64,000 nt of DNA from an uncultured Gemmataceae bacterium (GTDB lineage Bacteria; Planctomycetota; Planctomycetia; Gemmatales; Gemmataceae): the NCBI GenBank assembly GCA_963750165.1, contig CAVVPN010000003.1:2272001-2336000 (forward strand), given 5' to 3'. The notes below the pieces were generated by a model. That model worked only from the letters and a program-made list of their open reading frames with translations, made no database searches and was not told the DNA's origin. Both the position numbers and the translations under genes were made by a program. Below are positions 31,836-44,874 of the stretch, piece by piece; within the stretch, counting starts at the first letter, position 1; each line of letters begins with the position of its first letter.

Positions 31836-34800
31836 CGAGCACACATTCCCGCGGAGCCCAGAAGACCTCGCGCACCGGCGCCGCCAATTCGGGCGCAACC
31901 GCGACATCGGCGTCCCCTCCGGCGACTTCAGGCTATACAGATAGTCCACGATGTCGATCAGTTCCTCCTCGGACAGGTAATTGATGAGGTTGTCCGGCAT
32001 GATCGACGTGGCCACCTTCGTCTTCTTGTCGATGTCGTCCTTCGTGATCTTGTAATCCTTGCCGTTGGCGTCGCGCAGCAGCGTGAACTGCGGCGTCTCC
32101 TCGATGACCAGGCCGTTGATGACCTGGCCGCCGCCGGTGGTGATCGACCAGGTGACGAACTGGTCCGCGATGGCCCGGCTCGGGTACAGGATCGATTCCA
32201 GCAAATTTTGCCGGCTGGCCTTGCTACCGATCACCGACAGCTCCGGGCCGATCTTGCCGCCCTGGCCGTTGATCGTGTGGCACTTCATGCACTGCACGTC
32301 GTTCTTCAGGCTCGCCAGCATCAGCTTGCGGCCGTTGTCGATGTTGCCCTTGCGTGTCAACATGGCCTGCATGCTCGGCAGCTTTTTGGGGTTGAGCTTG
32401 CCGGCGAGCACCGGCGCCGGGAACATCGTCAGCGCCTTGTTGCGCAGGTCCGGGAACGGACTGTTGCGCAGCAGGCGGGCCAGGTCCGGCGTCAGTTCCT
32501 TGCCGAGCTTGCCCTTGGCCTGGGCGTCCAGCAGGAACTGCGAACCGGGCCGCGTGCCGGCCAGCCCCGCGACCGCCGCCTGTCGCTCCGCCAGCTGGTA
32601 CTGCTTGGCGTCCGTGGCCATCGTCTGCAGCAGGCCCTGGCTCACCTTGGTGCCCTGCCGGCCCAGTGCCAGCACAGCGTCCACGGCCAGTTCGTCCACG
32701 CGATCCCGCCCGCTGGCCAGCGACTGCAACTCCCGTGTCGCCTCGGGCGTCCTGTACTGGCCGAGCGCTTCCACGGCAGCGGCCCGCAGCGCCGGCGCCA
32801 GCTTCTTGTTGCGGGCGACGCTGACGGCCCACATCAACCCATCGTCCGTCTGGGCGGCGCCGATCAGCGCCACCGCCAGGCCGGTCGTGTCCGCGCGTTT
32901 GTCCAGCACGCGGAGGGCGGCACGCAGTTCGGCGCTGTTCCGCAGCTTGGCCCACTTCCCTTGCAGATGCAATTTCAGGTGCTTGACGATCGCCTCGCGC
33001 ACTTCCCGGGTATTGTCGCTCGCCAGCACCTTGAGCAGCACGCGGCCCGCCTCCTCCTGCGGGGCGCTGGCGATGATGTCCACCAGCTGGGCGCGCGCGG
33101 CGGGCGTGCCGGTCTGCGCCAGCAGCCGCTTTTCCATTTCCGGCAGCAGTTTCGCCGGCCGCAACTCCCAGATCAGGCCGGCGACCTTCGCGTCCCAGGT
33201 TGAGAACTGCCGGGCGAAGTCCGCGAGCAGCGCCTCACGCCGCGCCGCGTCGGTGCCAGCGGCGATGCCCACCGCCGCCAGGTAAAAGCGGTCCTTGCCG
33301 TCGTAGCCCTTCGCCAACTCGTAAAACAGCTTCCGCGCCCTGTCCGCGGGCACGCTCCGCAGCAGCAGCAGTCCCTCGCGCCGCACCGCCGGCGACCGGT
33401 CCTTGACCAGCTGCTCTTGCCAGTCGGGAATGTAGTCCGCCGGCGTCTTGTTCAGGAAGTCGTTGTAGATGCGCATGGCCAGGATGCGGAAGCGCGGGTC
33501 GGGGTCGCTGAACGCCGCGTTGACCCAGCGCAAATGGCCGAGGCGGCCCATCTGCCACAGCGCCCGCGCTCGCAGCCAGACGTTCTCCTTTTGCTTCGCC
33601 GCCGGCTCCAGCACTGCCAGTGCCTTCGGCAGCCCCAGTTCGGTGATACGGTCCATCGCCAGCGACCGCACCGCCAAATTCGGCGACGCCAGCGCCGCCG
33701 TCAGGCCCGCGTTGGTGCTCACGTCAACCGTGGGCAGCTGCGTCCGGTAGCCCTTCGGGGCGAGGCGATAAATGCGGCCGCGCTTGGTGTCGCCCATGCC
33801 GTGGCCGCCGACGCCGGGGTCGTACCAGTCCGCGACGTACACCGCCCCGTCCGGCGCCACGCACACGTCCGACGGCCGGAACCAGTTGTCCTTGCTCTCG
33901 ACCATGTCCTCGCGCTGCACGGTGTAGGCGGCGCCCTGCGGCGTCAGGTGGTAGCAGCGCACGTGCCGTGGGCCGGCATCGGTGTGCAGCAACTGGCCGC
34001 GGTACTTCGACGGCAGCAATGCCCCCTCGTAGACGCACATGCCGGTCGGCGAGCCGAAGTAGGTGCGCAGAATCTTGGGCACCACGCCGGGCTGTTCCTC
34101 GTGCCAGTGCGTCTGGCCCTTGCCGCGCGGGTAGTAGCCGTGGTTGCCGCCCGGCATCACGTAGCAGATGCGCGTTTGCTGGTTGCCGTCGTCGTCGTTG
34201 TCGCTGACGAAGATGGTGCCGAAACTATCGACGCACGGCTCGTACTCGTTGCGGAAGTTGTGCGCGATCAGTTCCAGGTTCTTGCCGTCCAGGTCGCAGC
34301 GCCAGATCGTGCCCGCCTGACAGTCCGTCCCGTTCGACGACCACTTCTTGCCGTGCTTATCGACCAGGCCGCTCACGCCCTGGTCGCCGACACTAAAGTA
34401 CAGCTTGTCGTCCGGGCCAATCAAAATGCCGTGGACGCCGTGGTCGTGGTCGTAGCCGCGGAAGCCGCTCAGCAGCTTGCGCGGCGGCCCATCCGCCTTG
34501 CCGTCACCATCCTTATCCTCGAACACCAGGATGTCCGGCGACTGGCAGACGTAGACCGTCACGCCCTTGCCATTGGTGTGCGGCCGCACCGCCAGGCCCA
34601 GCGGCGCCAACGTGGCCGGCGACTGGTAAAAGACCGTCACCCTGTCCGCCTTGCCGGTCCCCTTGCTGTCCTCCAGGATCAGGATGCGGTCGCCCTCCGG
34701 GCGGTTCAGCTTCACTCTGCGCAGCTTCGTGCGGTAGTTGACCGACTCAACGACCCAGATGCGACCCTTGTGGTCGATGTCCATGCACGTCGGGTTGACG

Positions 34801-34952
34801 AACATCGGCTCGGACGCCCAGAGGCTGAGTTCGAGCCCGTCGGACACCTTGAAGGTGGAAAGCACTTTGTTTGGCGGCACCTGGGCGGGGGTGGCGGTGG
34901 CGGTAGTCAACAGCAGCAGGACGCAAAACGGTAGGGGTAGCCAGCGATTCAT
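31755..34952 (-). CDS. PVC-type membrane-bound dehydrogenase / heme-binding CxxCH protein
   Basis: Signal peptide, WASEPM.VNP, beta-propeller (FRPSDV, VADWYD), HEAT repeats, CMKCH, GPELS, SIMP. Confidence 0.92.
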   Translation of the reverse strand: MNRWLPLPFCVLLLLTTATATPAQVPPNKVLSTFKVSDGLELSLWASEPMFVNPTCMDIDHKGRIWVVESVNYRTKLRRVKLNRPEGDRILILEDSKGTGKADRVTVFYQSPATLAPLGLAVRPHTNGKGVTVYVCQSPDILVFEDKDGDGKADGPPRKLLSGFRGYDHDHGVHGILIGPDDKLYFSVGDQGVSGLVDKHGKKWSSNGTDCQAGTIWRCDLDGKNLELIAHNFRNEYEPCVDSFGTIFVSDNDDDGNQQTRICYVMPGGNHGYYPRGKGQTHWHEEQPGVVPKILRTYFGSPTGMCVYEGALLPSKYRGQLLHTDAGPRHVRCYHLTPQGAAYTVQREDMVESKDNWFRPSDVCVAPDGAVYVADWYDPGVGGHGMGDTKRGRIYRLAPKGYRTQLPTVDVSTNAGLTAALASPNLAVRSLAMDRITELGLPKALAVLEPAAKQKENVWLRARALWQMGRLGHLRWVNAAFSDPDPRFRILAMRIYNDFLNKTPADYIPDWQEQLVKDRSPAVRREGLLLLRSVPADRARKLFYELAKGYDGKDRFYLAAVGIAAGTDAARREALLADFARQFSTWDAKVAGLIWELRPAKLLPEMEKRLLAQTGTPAARAQLVDIIASAPQEEAGRVLLKVLASDNTREVREAIVKHLKLHLQGKWAKLRNSAELRAALRVLDKRADTTGLAVALIGAAQTDDGLMWAVSVARNKKLAPALRAAAVEALGQYRTPEATRELQSLASGRDRVDELAVDAVLALGRQGTKVSQGLLQTMATDAKQYQLAERQAAVAGLAGTRPGSQFLLDAQAKGKLGKELTPDLARLLRNSPFPDLRNKALTMFPAPVLAGKLNPKKLPSMQAMLTRKGNIDNGRKLMLASLKNDVQCMKCHTINGQGGKIGPELSVIGSKASRQNLLESILYPSRAIADQFVTWSITTGGGQVINGLVIEETPQFTLLRDANGKDYKITKDDIDKKTKVATSIMPDNLINYLSEEELIDIVDYLYSLKSPEGTPMSRLRPNWRRRCARSSGLRGNVCSSGAGATHARHGRAQGGTDGAGQGAGG

Positions 34953-35091
34953 GGCGGCCGGTCTCCGTGAGTGACGGCGGTGGTTTGAATTGATAGTATA
35001 CTGCCCCGCCGCGCCCCGGAAAAGAAACAGGGGCGGGAACAATTCCCGCCCCCTTCGGCCCGACGGCCAGGTTCGATGTCGGACCGAATCG

Positions 35092-35529
35092 TCACCCGAG
35101 CAGCCAGCTCGCCAGCCAGGCCTTGGCCTGGGCGAAACCGACCGCGTGTTCCAGGTGATAGACCTCGATCAGCCCGAGGGCCACGCACACGTCCACGGCG
35201 CCGACCACGTACGGCAGAGCCTTGCCCCGCCAGCCGCGGACGCGCTTCACGAAGCCGCCGAAGCGCTCCGCGAACGCCTGCCAGGCGAAGTGCTTCGCCT
35301 CCAGGCGCTCCTTCTTCTCCACCAGGCTACCCAGCACATACGCCCGTCGCGCAACCTGGTACGGGTCGGGCTTGCTGGAGTTGCCTTCCTTGAAAGCGGT
35401 TTCGCGCAGCAGTTTTTCCGTCTGCTGTGCGGCCTGCGTGTACTTCTTCGCCAGGGCCGACGCCCGCCGCTGAATCAACGACTGGGCCGCACTGAGCAAG
35501 AAGACCAGCAGGGTGTAAAGAATCATCAT
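35092..35529 (-). CDS. Hypothetical membrane protein
   Basis: 145-aa ORF with typical codon usage and hydrophobic termini. Confidence 0.7.
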   Translation of the reverse strand: MMILYTLLVFLLSAAQSLIQRRASALAKKYTQAAQQTEKLLRETAFKEGNSSKPDPYQVARRAYVLGSLVEKKERLEAKHFAWQAFAERFGGFVKRVRGWRGKALPYVVGAVDVCVALGLIEVYHLEHAVGFAQAKAWLASWLLG

Positions 35530-35680
35530 CGCGTCTTCCTGGGGTTGTGCGATGCCGGCCCTGGCTAAGCCGAGAGTTGCAGCGGACTGCGATCCTGCGA
35601 GGTGGGGCGTCAGTCGTCTGTCTCACGTTCCGCGTTGCGAAAGATAGGAGAGTCGGCGCCACAGGAAGGTTCGCCAGAAA

Positions 35681-35773
35681 AACCGGCGAGCGGCGCGGCG
35701 TGAGCCCGCCGGTACTGCGAGGTTCCAAGCGCTTCGCAGTACCGGCGGGCTCACGCCGCGCCGCTCGCCGGTT
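35681..35773. repeat. REP-like inverted repeat, GAGCGGCGCGGCGT family, copy 2
   Basis: Near-identical to 22866-22950; lies downstream of gap. Confidence 0.88.
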
Positions 35774-35785
35774 CAACCGTTGGGA

Positions 35786-37943
<2,158 letters not shown>

Positions 37944-37946
37944 GGA

Positions 37947-38039
37947 TTCACCACAAAGACACAAAGGACACCAAGAAGAAAAAGATTGATTTATCAATTC
38001 TTTTTTTCTTCTTGGTGTCCTTTGTGTCTTTGTGGTGAA
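37947..38039. repeat. REP-like inverted repeat, CACCACAAAGACACAAAG family, copy 3
   Basis: Same arms; between convergent mdh and hydrolase genes. Confidence 0.9.
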
Positions 38040-38042
38040 CCC

Positions 38043-38891
38043 TTATTTTGGCGGGTTTTTCTCCAGGAACCGTCGCAGTTCCGCGTAGAAGTGCGGCGAC
38101 AGTGGCGTGTTGTGATCGCCGCCATCCAGTTTCAGGAACGCCTTCGGCTCGTTGGCCGCCGCGAAGAGTTGTTCACTCTGGCTGAACGGGATGAACGTGT
38201 CACGATCGCCGTGCGCGATGAACACGGGGCGCTGGCAGTCGCGGATTTTACGCAGCGACTCGAAGCGGTTGTGCATCAGCCAGCGCACCGGCAGCCACGG
38301 ATACAGCTTCTGGGCCACGTCCGGCATCGACGTGAAGCTGTTGATTACCACCAGGGCGCGGTGCGGCCGCCGGCTGGCCAGGTCCACCGCGACGCCGCCG
38401 CCCAGCGATACGCCGAACACGATCACCTGGTCCGCCGGGATTTTTTGCGCCACCGTTAGCCAGTCGTGGGCCGCGGTCGCCGCCGCGTAACAGCCCTCCT
38501 CGCTGGGACTGCCACCGCTCTTGCCGTAGCCGGGATAGTCGATGATGAGCACCGGCACGTTGAGGTGATCGCTGGCCTCGACAATGGCCGCGCCGCGGTC
38601 GCTCAGGTTGCCAGCGTTGCCGTGGAAGTACAGCAGCGCTCCGGTGGCCCCCGGCCGCGGCAGCCACCAACCGTGGATGCGGGTGCCGTCCAGCAGCGTC
38701 AGTTGCACGTCTGCAATCTTCGAGGTCGGCGCCGGCTGCCAACGCTCAGCCGCCGGACTCGCCGGGTAGACCATTTTGTTTTCGAACGTCAGTAACACGA
38801 CCACTACCCCCAGGTACGTCAGCCCCGCCAGCACCACCAGGCGCAGCAGGATTCGTGCCGTCCCTGACCGTTTTGCCTTTGGCGTGGACAC
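38043..38891 (-). CDS. Alpha/beta hydrolase (ABHD-like)
   Basis: YFHGNAGN, DYPGYG, GVSLGG, HGDRD, GGDHN. Confidence 0.9.
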   Translation of the reverse strand: MSTPKAKRSGTARILLRLVVLAGLTYLGVVVVLLTFENKMVYPASPAAERWQPAPTSKIADVQLTLLDGTRIHGWWLPRPGATGALLYFHGNAGNLSDRGAAIVEASDHLNVPVLIIDYPGYGKSGGSPSEEGCYAAATAAHDWLTVAQKIPADQVIVFGVSLGGGVAVDLASRRPHRALVVINSFTSMPDVAQKLYPWLPVRWLMHNRFESLRKIRDCQRPVFIAHGDRDTFIPFSQSEQLFAAANEPKAFLKLDGGDHNTPLSPHFYAELRRFLEKNPPK

Positions 38892-40839
38892 GGTTCCCCT
38901 CCCGCCCGCGCACCGCCGGGTCGGCCGCGCGGAGACGCCCGACCACGGATCCGACCAGCACCAGCCCCAGCACCGACCAGCCGCCGATGGGCAGCCAGTC
39001 GCCCAGGTGCGCGTACAGGCTGAAGCGGTGGTCGATCGGAATGTTCGCCACCACCACGCCGGCCACCTTCTTGTGCTTCGACCACTCCGACACCGGCAGC
39101 TCCGCCGTCTGGCCGTTCACCTCCAGCACCGACCAGATGAGCACGCGCTTTTTCGTCAGCGGATCCAGGACGGCCGTCTCCCTGGTCTTCAGCACTCGGC
39201 CGTTGCCGTCGATGACGGCGGAGATGCCCATGTTGACCGACCGCGCCACCGCCCGCCGCGCCTCGATGGCCCGGAAGCGGCACAGGGCCAGATGGTCCTC
39301 GTGCTCGCTGGAGCCGTCGAACCAGCCGTCGTTGGACATATCGATCAGGAAGTCCACCGCCCGGCCATCCCGGCCCGCCACCGCGTACTGCCGCGCCAGG
39401 AACGGGTCGGAGTCCTCGTAGCAGATCAGGACGCCGAAGCAATACTGCCCTAACTCGAAGCGCGTCAGCTCGTCGCCGGGCGTGATGCTGTAGTCCCATT
39501 TGTAGGGGGCGTACCGGTCCACGAAGGGCAGCCAGTCGCGCAGCGGCATGTATTCGCCGAACGGGACGCGGTGAATTTTGTCGTAGCGCTGGCCGACGCC
39601 GCCGTTGCCATGCACCATCAGGGCCGAGTTGTAGCGCGTCCGCTTTTTATCGACGCTCACGCTGAAGCCGCGGCCGGTGTCCTTCTCCTCGACCTCGGTG
39701 AGCACCTCGGTGTTCAGGCCGAGCAGGGTCGGCCGCCTGCCGCTGCCGACGTAGGTCTGCAAGTCCTTGCGGAAATCGGTTTCCCAGTCGGCCCAGTATT
39801 GGGGGATCAAGCGGGTGGGGACTGCCGGGGAAGTCTGTTTCCAGTCCGCCGGGTAACTGGTTTCCGGCCAGACCACCATCTCCGCGTTCAGCTGGGAATC
39901 CAGTCCCGTGGCGTACAGGGCGGTCATGTGCAGCACGATGCCGTTGAACATCCCCCTGGAATCCGCGTTGCCCGCCGTGAGCGGGGTGTTGCGGATGCGC
40001 TGGTCCACGTTGGACTGCAACAGGGCGATGCGCGGCCCGCGCGTGGACTCGTCCTGATCCATGCGCACGACGCCGTACACCAGCGCCGCCATCACCAGCA
40101 CCGCCACGGCGCCGCCGTGCAGCGCCAGTCGCCGCCAGCCGAGACAGTTGCGCGACAGCGGCGGCACCCCCGGCCCCTGCTGGCCCAGCGCCCGCCGGAA
40201 CCCGGGCAGCGCATACAGCACCTCGAAGACCCAGGCATTCGCCGCCGCCACTAACAGGCTTACCATGTAGACGCCGCCGAGATCGCACACCTGGATGATC
40301 GGCAGGAATGCGTGCTGTGTGTGACCCAGGAAGTACCACGCGAAGCCCGTCATCAGGAACGAGCGCAGATATTCCAGGCTAACCCACACGACCGGCAGCG
40401 TCACCACCAACGGTAGCGGCGTGCGTCGCTCCAGCCAGCGCACCAGCAACAGTGTGGCGCAGAAATACAGCGAACAGTACAGCGACAGCGCCAGCCATGC
40501 GTAACTCATGCGGTCGTCGGCGACGGGCATCCAGCGCAGCACCGGCAGGTAAAACGCCAGGCCGCCGAGGAGCGCGGCGAAATACGTCGCCCACGGCCAC
40601 ATCCGGCTGCGCAGCAGCGTCAGCAGCGGCACCACCGCCACCCACGCCAGCCAGCCCCAGGCCATCGGGAAGAAGCACAGCCACAACAGCCCGGCCGTCA
40701 ACAGCGGCGGTACGAACAGACGCAGCGGCCACGCCCACCACGGGTCGGCGCCCTGAGGGCGGGCCGGCGGCGCCGGCGCGGCGGCCGGCTGGGGCTCGGG
40801 GTGTTTCGCCGCAGTCGTGGGGAGCGTCACCTGCTTCAT
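38746..40839 (-). CDS. lnt: Apolipoprotein N-acyltransferase
   Basis: Multiple TM helices; WPETS, YDKIHRVPFGEY, LICYE, SNDGWF; 3' end uncertain. Confidence 0.92.
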   Translation of the reverse strand: MKQVTLPTTAAKHPEPQPAAAPAPPARPQGADPWWAWPLRLFVPPLLTAGLLWLCFFPMAWGWLAWVAVVPLLTLLRSRMWPWATYFAALLGGLAFYLPVLRWMPVADDRMSYAWLALSLYCSLYFCATLLLVRWLERRTPLPLVVTLPVVWVSLEYLRSFLMTGFAWYFLGHTQHAFLPIIQVCDLGGVYMVSLLVAAANAWVFEVLYALPGFRRALGQQGPGVPPLSRNCLGWRRLALHGGAVAVLVMAALVYGVVRMDQDESTRGPRIALLQSNVDQRIRNTPLTAGNADSRGMFNGIVLHMTALYATGLDSQLNAEMVVWPETSYPADWKQTSPAVPTRLIPQYWADWETDFRKDLQTYVGSGRRPTLLGLNTEVLTEVEEKDTGRGFSVSVDKKRTRYNSALMVHGNGGVGQRYDKIHRVPFGEYMPLRDWLPFVDRYAPYKWDYSITPGDELTRFELGQYCFGVLICYEDSDPFLARQYAVAGRDGRAVDFLIDMSNDGWFDGSSEHEDHLALCRFRAIEARRAVARSVNMGISAVIDGNGRVLKTRETAVLDPLTKKRVLIWSVLEVNGQTAELPVSEWSKHKKVAGVVVANIPIDHRFSLYAHLGDWLPIGGWSVLGLVLVGSVVGRLRAADPAVRGREGNRVHAKGKTVRDGTNPAAPGGAGGADVPGGSGRVTDVRKQNGLPGESGG

Positions 40840-40856
40840 CCAGTCCTCCTTGGAGA

Positions 40857-42092
40857 TCAACCGACCTCAACGCAGAGCACCGGCAGCGCGTGTCCTGCCG
40901 CGCAGCGGTGCTCGCCGGGGGAAACGATCAGGAACGCATTGGCGGCAGTCAGGCCGCGCAGGTCGGGCGAACCGAGCCACGCCACTGGGCGCACGCGCCA
41001 GCCATCGCCGGCCGGTTCCAGCCAGGCGGGGTGATAGGTCTGCCGGTCGGTGCGGTAAACGAACTCCTCGGTCAACCGGGCCAGCACCTGTGGCGGCAGT
41101 GGGTCGTCCAGGCCGCGCAGGCGGCGCAGCGCCGGCCGCACGAACAGCTCGAAGCAGACATAAGCGCTGACGGGGTTGCCCGGCAGTCCAAAGACGAGGG
41201 TGTCGCCGCGGGTGCCGAAGAACACGGGCTTGCCCGGCTTCATGGCAACCTTGTGGAAGTGGGCCGTCACGCCCAGGTCACGCAGCACGCCGGGCACCAG
41301 GTCGAGTTTGCCCGCGGAGACGCCGCCGGACAGGATCAGCACATCGTATTTCAGGCCGAGTTCGATATGCTTCCGAAGCTGCTCCACCTGGTCGGCGGCG
41401 ATGCCCAGGCTGTGCGGCTGCGCGGCCGCCCGATCCGCCAGGGTCAGGAGCATCGGCCCGTTGCCGTTGCGGATCTGGCCGGCCTGCGGTTGCTCACGGG
41501 CGTCCACCAGTTCGTCGCCAGTGGACAGGACGGCCACCTGGGGAGGCTTCTGGAGCGAAACGGAGGTGTATCCCACCGTCGCCAGCACGCCCACTTCCTG
41601 CGGCCGAATCCGACTGCCGCGCCGCAGCACCACGTCGCCGCGGCGCATCTCACGGCCGCGGCGCATGACGTTTTGCTCGGGCTTCACGGATCGGTCCTCG
41701 ATGTGGACGCCCCCCCCGTCCAGGAGGCGCGTGCGTTCGACCTGCACCACCGCGTCCGCCCCGGCAGGCAGGGGCGCCCCGGTCATGATGCGCGCGGCCT
41801 GGCCCGGCCCCACTTCGCGTTGGGGGGTGTTGCCCGCGGTGATCTCCTCGATGACTTCCAGCGCACGCGGCCCCGCGGCCAGGTCGGCGCTACGCACCGC
41901 GTAGCCGTCCATGAGGGCCTTGTCAAAGGGAGGCATGTCCACATCACTGCGAACGTCTTCGGCCAGGAACTGGCCCATCAGCGCTGCGGACAGGTGGGAC
42001 AATGCCGTGCAATAAGGGAACCCCGACAGGGGCCGGGAGTGCCGCAGGACGATGGCCTGGGCGTCGTGGACGGTCAGCAGTTGCTCGGACAT
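40857..42092 (-). CDS. moeA: Molybdopterin molybdotransferase
   Basis: PPFDKALMDGYA, IMTGAPLP, STGDEL, SGGVSAG, MKPGKP, LPGNPVS. Confidence 0.95.
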   Translation of the reverse strand: MSEQLLTVHDAQAIVLRHSRPLSGFPYCTALSHLSAALMGQFLAEDVRSDVDMPPFDKALMDGYAVRSADLAAGPRALEVIEEITAGNTPQREVGPGQAARIMTGAPLPAGADAVVQVERTRLLDGGGVHIEDRSVKPEQNVMRRGREMRRGDVVLRRGSRIRPQEVGVLATVGYTSVSLQKPPQVAVLSTGDELVDAREQPQAGQIRNGNGPMLLTLADRAAAQPHSLGIAADQVEQLRKHIELGLKYDVLILSGGVSAGKLDLVPGVLRDLGVTAHFHKVAMKPGKPVFFGTRGDTLVFGLPGNPVSAYVCFELFVRPALRRLRGLDDPLPPQVLARLTEEFVYRTDRQTYHPAWLEPAGDGWRVRPVAWLGSPDLRGLTAANAFLIVSPGEHRCAAGHALPVLCVEVG

Positions 42093-42185
42093 CGACATGA
42101 CGGCATGGCTCTCGGCAACGTCGGGGCGTATCCGCTGTGGGATTGTAGCACGACGGCCGCGCGGGACGCTAGGCGGAGTCATCGA

Positions 42186-42249
42186 GGCGAGCGGGGTCGC
42201 GTCAGCGCCGCGTGCGACTTCACGGGGCGCTGACGCGACCCCGCTCACC
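42186..42249. repeat. REP-like inverted repeat related to the GAGCGG...GCGTCAGC family
   Basis: GGCGAGCGGGGTCGCGTCAGCGCC ... GGCGCTGACGCGACCCCGCTCACC. Confidence 0.8.
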
Positions 42250-42270
42250 AGCGGAGTCCCCTAACGGACA

Positions 42271-43047
42271 TCACTTCTTGTTCAGCTCCTTGACGCGAAT
42301 GTTGCGGTAGCGCACGACCAGCTTCGTCAGGTCGCCGGGGCCGCCATAGCCGCCGCCGTGGACCTGTAGCGCGATGCCGCCCATTTCGGGCAGGCGCTTC
42401 TGCTTGTCCGTGTACTCCATGAACTTGACGCCCCTGATCCAGGTCGTGATGGTCGGCGGGTTGCCGACGATGCGCGCCTTTAACGTGTTCCATTCGCCGT
42501 GCTTCCAGAACTCGGGCCACCCCTCCGGCGACACCGGCAGCTTGAAATCGGCCTTGTCCTCCTTGATTTTCTCCGGATCCTTGGGGTCGGTGAAGGTGAA
42601 GTTGCGACTGCCGAAGCCGCCGATGCCCTCGCCGTAGACGCCCATCAGGTTGCCGCCGACGTGATAGTCGATCATCGCCTGGTACGCCTTGCCGTCCTCG
42701 GTGCTGCGCAGGAACAGGCCGCTGTCCGGGCCGAAGTCGTTGCGCATCTCCAGCACGACTTCGAAGTCGCCGTACTTCTTGTCGGTGATGACGATGCCGC
42801 CGTTGCCGGGGATGTCCTGGCTGCCGACGATGGCGCCGTCCTCGATGCGCCAGTTGCCGCCGGTCTTGTGCTTGCTCTTGGAACTGTGGCCGCTCTTGGC
42901 GCTGACGTGCCAGCCGGTGAGCGTCTTGCCGTCGAAGATGGACACGTAGTCGCCGGCCTTGTTCTGGGCGGCCGTCTCGTGCGCCGCCGGAAAGCCGCCG
43001 GCCAGCGCCGCCAGCACCGCGACCGCCAACCCGATTGCCCGTCGCAT
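42271..43047 (-). CDS. DUF1080 (3-keto-disaccharide hydrolase-like) secreted protein
   Basis: SIFDGKTLTGW, DSGLFLR, GEWNT, IALQVHGG, YRNIRVKEL. Confidence 0.9.
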   Translation of the reverse strand: MRRAIGLAVAVLAALAGGFPAAHETAAQNKAGDYVSIFDGKTLTGWHVSAKSGHSSKSKHKTGGNWRIEDGAIVGSQDIPGNGGIVITDKKYGDFEVVLEMRNDFGPDSGLFLRSTEDGKAYQAMIDYHVGGNLMGVYGEGIGGFGSRNFTFTDPKDPEKIKEDKADFKLPVSPEGWPEFWKHGEWNTLKARIVGNPPTITTWIRGVKFMEYTDKQKRLPEMGGIALQVHGGGYGGPGDLTKLVVRYRNIRVKELNKK

Positions 43048-43214
43048 GGGTGGTTCCCCCTGAGTGAAACTGGGTGCGATTCGTTGCTGAGATTATCCGG
43101 CTTTCCGCGGCGCTGTCCAGGGACCAGCGCCGTCGCCAATCCCGGAGCGGCCGCGGTTGGGTCGCGCGTTATTTCGTCCGAGCCGCGTGCGCGGCTCGGT
43201 GTAAGCCCTTGCCG

Positions 43215-44874
43215 TCAGGCCAGCCGTCCAGCCGCCCACGCGGCCAGTTTCTCGCGGAAAATCTTGGCGTTGTGGCGGATGTCCACCGGAAAGCCCGGGT
43301 GGAGCAGGATCGTTTGAATGCCGCGGGTGTGCGGGTGATGCGCCCCCAGCGCCAGCAATTCGCGCGTGATCTCCGCCAACGACCGCTCAGGGTTCTCGGG
43401 CTTCAGCTCAACGCACAGCACCGGCCGCTGCGCCCCCGGTTCGCCGACGCCCACCAGCGCCGTGCGGTACACCGCCGGATGTTCGTTGAACACCGCCTCG
43501 CACGGGATCGTGTACAGCTCCCCCGCAGCCGTCCGCACCCGCTGCGACTTGCGGCCGCAGAACCACACCCGTCCCGTCTCGTCCACGTAACCCAGGTCGC
43601 CCATGCGGTGCCAGAAACCGCGGCCTGGGTCGATGATCTTCGCCAGCCCCGTCGATTGCGGGCGGTGATAATATTCGCGCGTCACCACCGGGCCGGACAC
43701 GACGATCTCGCCGACCTCACCCGACGGCACGCACAGGTCCTCCGACCAGGTCGCAATCGGCTCGTCGCTGATGCGGATGATGCGCAGCGTGATCTCGTCC
43801 ACCGGCCGGCCGACGCACACGCCCGCCCCCGCCGCCGTGCGCCGCCGCGTCTCGGTCAGGATGGCGTCACTGCCGATCGAGCACACCGGCAGCGCCTCGG
43901 TCAGCGCCGTAGGGCGTGAAGATTTGCACCCCGGGCGCCAGCAGTTTTGCGAAGCGCTCCAGGATCGCCGCCGACACCGGCGCCCCCGCCGACAGCACCC
44001 GTCGCAGCGACGGCAATCGCACGCCATGCTCGACGCCGTAGCGGCCAACGCGGTTCAGCAGCGCCGGCGAGCCGAACAGGTTCGTGACGCCGAAATTCTC
44101 GACCGCCTCAATGATCTTGCGCGGGTCCACCAGGGCCGGCCGCGTGGCGTCCATGTCGGGGATGATCGCGGTCATGCCCAGCGCCGGCGCGAACAACGCG
44201 AACAGCGGAAACGTCGCCAGATCGATCTCGCCCGGTTCGATGCCGTACAGCCGCCGCAGGATGTCCACCTGGGCCGCGAAGACGCCGTGCGTGTACACCG
44301 CCCCCTTGGGCACCCCCGTGCTGCCGCTGGTAAACAGGATCGCGGCCAGGTCCGCGGCGGTCGTCTCGGCCAGCGGCCACGGCTCGCCGATCCGCCCCGC
44401 CTGCCAGACGTGCTTGAGGGCCCAGCCGCTCCAGAACAGCCGCGGCCCCACCGTCACGTTGACGCGCACACTCGCCTTCGCCCAGCCGAGCAGCCGCCGG
44501 GCCGCGTGCGCCTTCGGGATGCCGATAAACGCCTCGGGCTCCGCTTCCGCCAGGCACTGGCCGAGGTTCTTGACGCCCATGCCGGGATCGACCAGCACCG
44601 GCACCGCGCCCGCCTTGAACAGCGCGAACGTCAGCGCGAAGAATTCCAGGCTCGGCTTGACCATCAGCACCGTGCGCGTGCCGCGGCCGACGCCGAGCGC
44701 CTGCAGGCCCCAGGCGAGGCGGTCGCTGGCCTCGTGCAGCTGACGGAACGTGTAGTGCGTGTAACTGACGCGGCCGGCGCGGTCGCGGCCGTGCGGGAAC
44801 ACCACAGCCAGGCGGTGTGGTTGCTTGTCCGCCATGGCGCCGACGTGGCTGGCGATGTTGACCAGAACGCTCAT
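43215..44874 (-). CDS. oleC: Olefin beta-lactone synthetase OleC, AMP-dependent ligase (frameshift near 43903)
   Basis: FTSGSTGVPKG, TPYGA|TEALP, HRMGDLG, FCGRKSQRV, FPVDIRHNAKIFREKL. Confidence 0.88.

Noticed and set aside
38746..38891. Meaningful 146-bp overlap between lnt and the hydrolase
   Set aside because: More simply a lost stop codon or sequence error; the tail has no motif.
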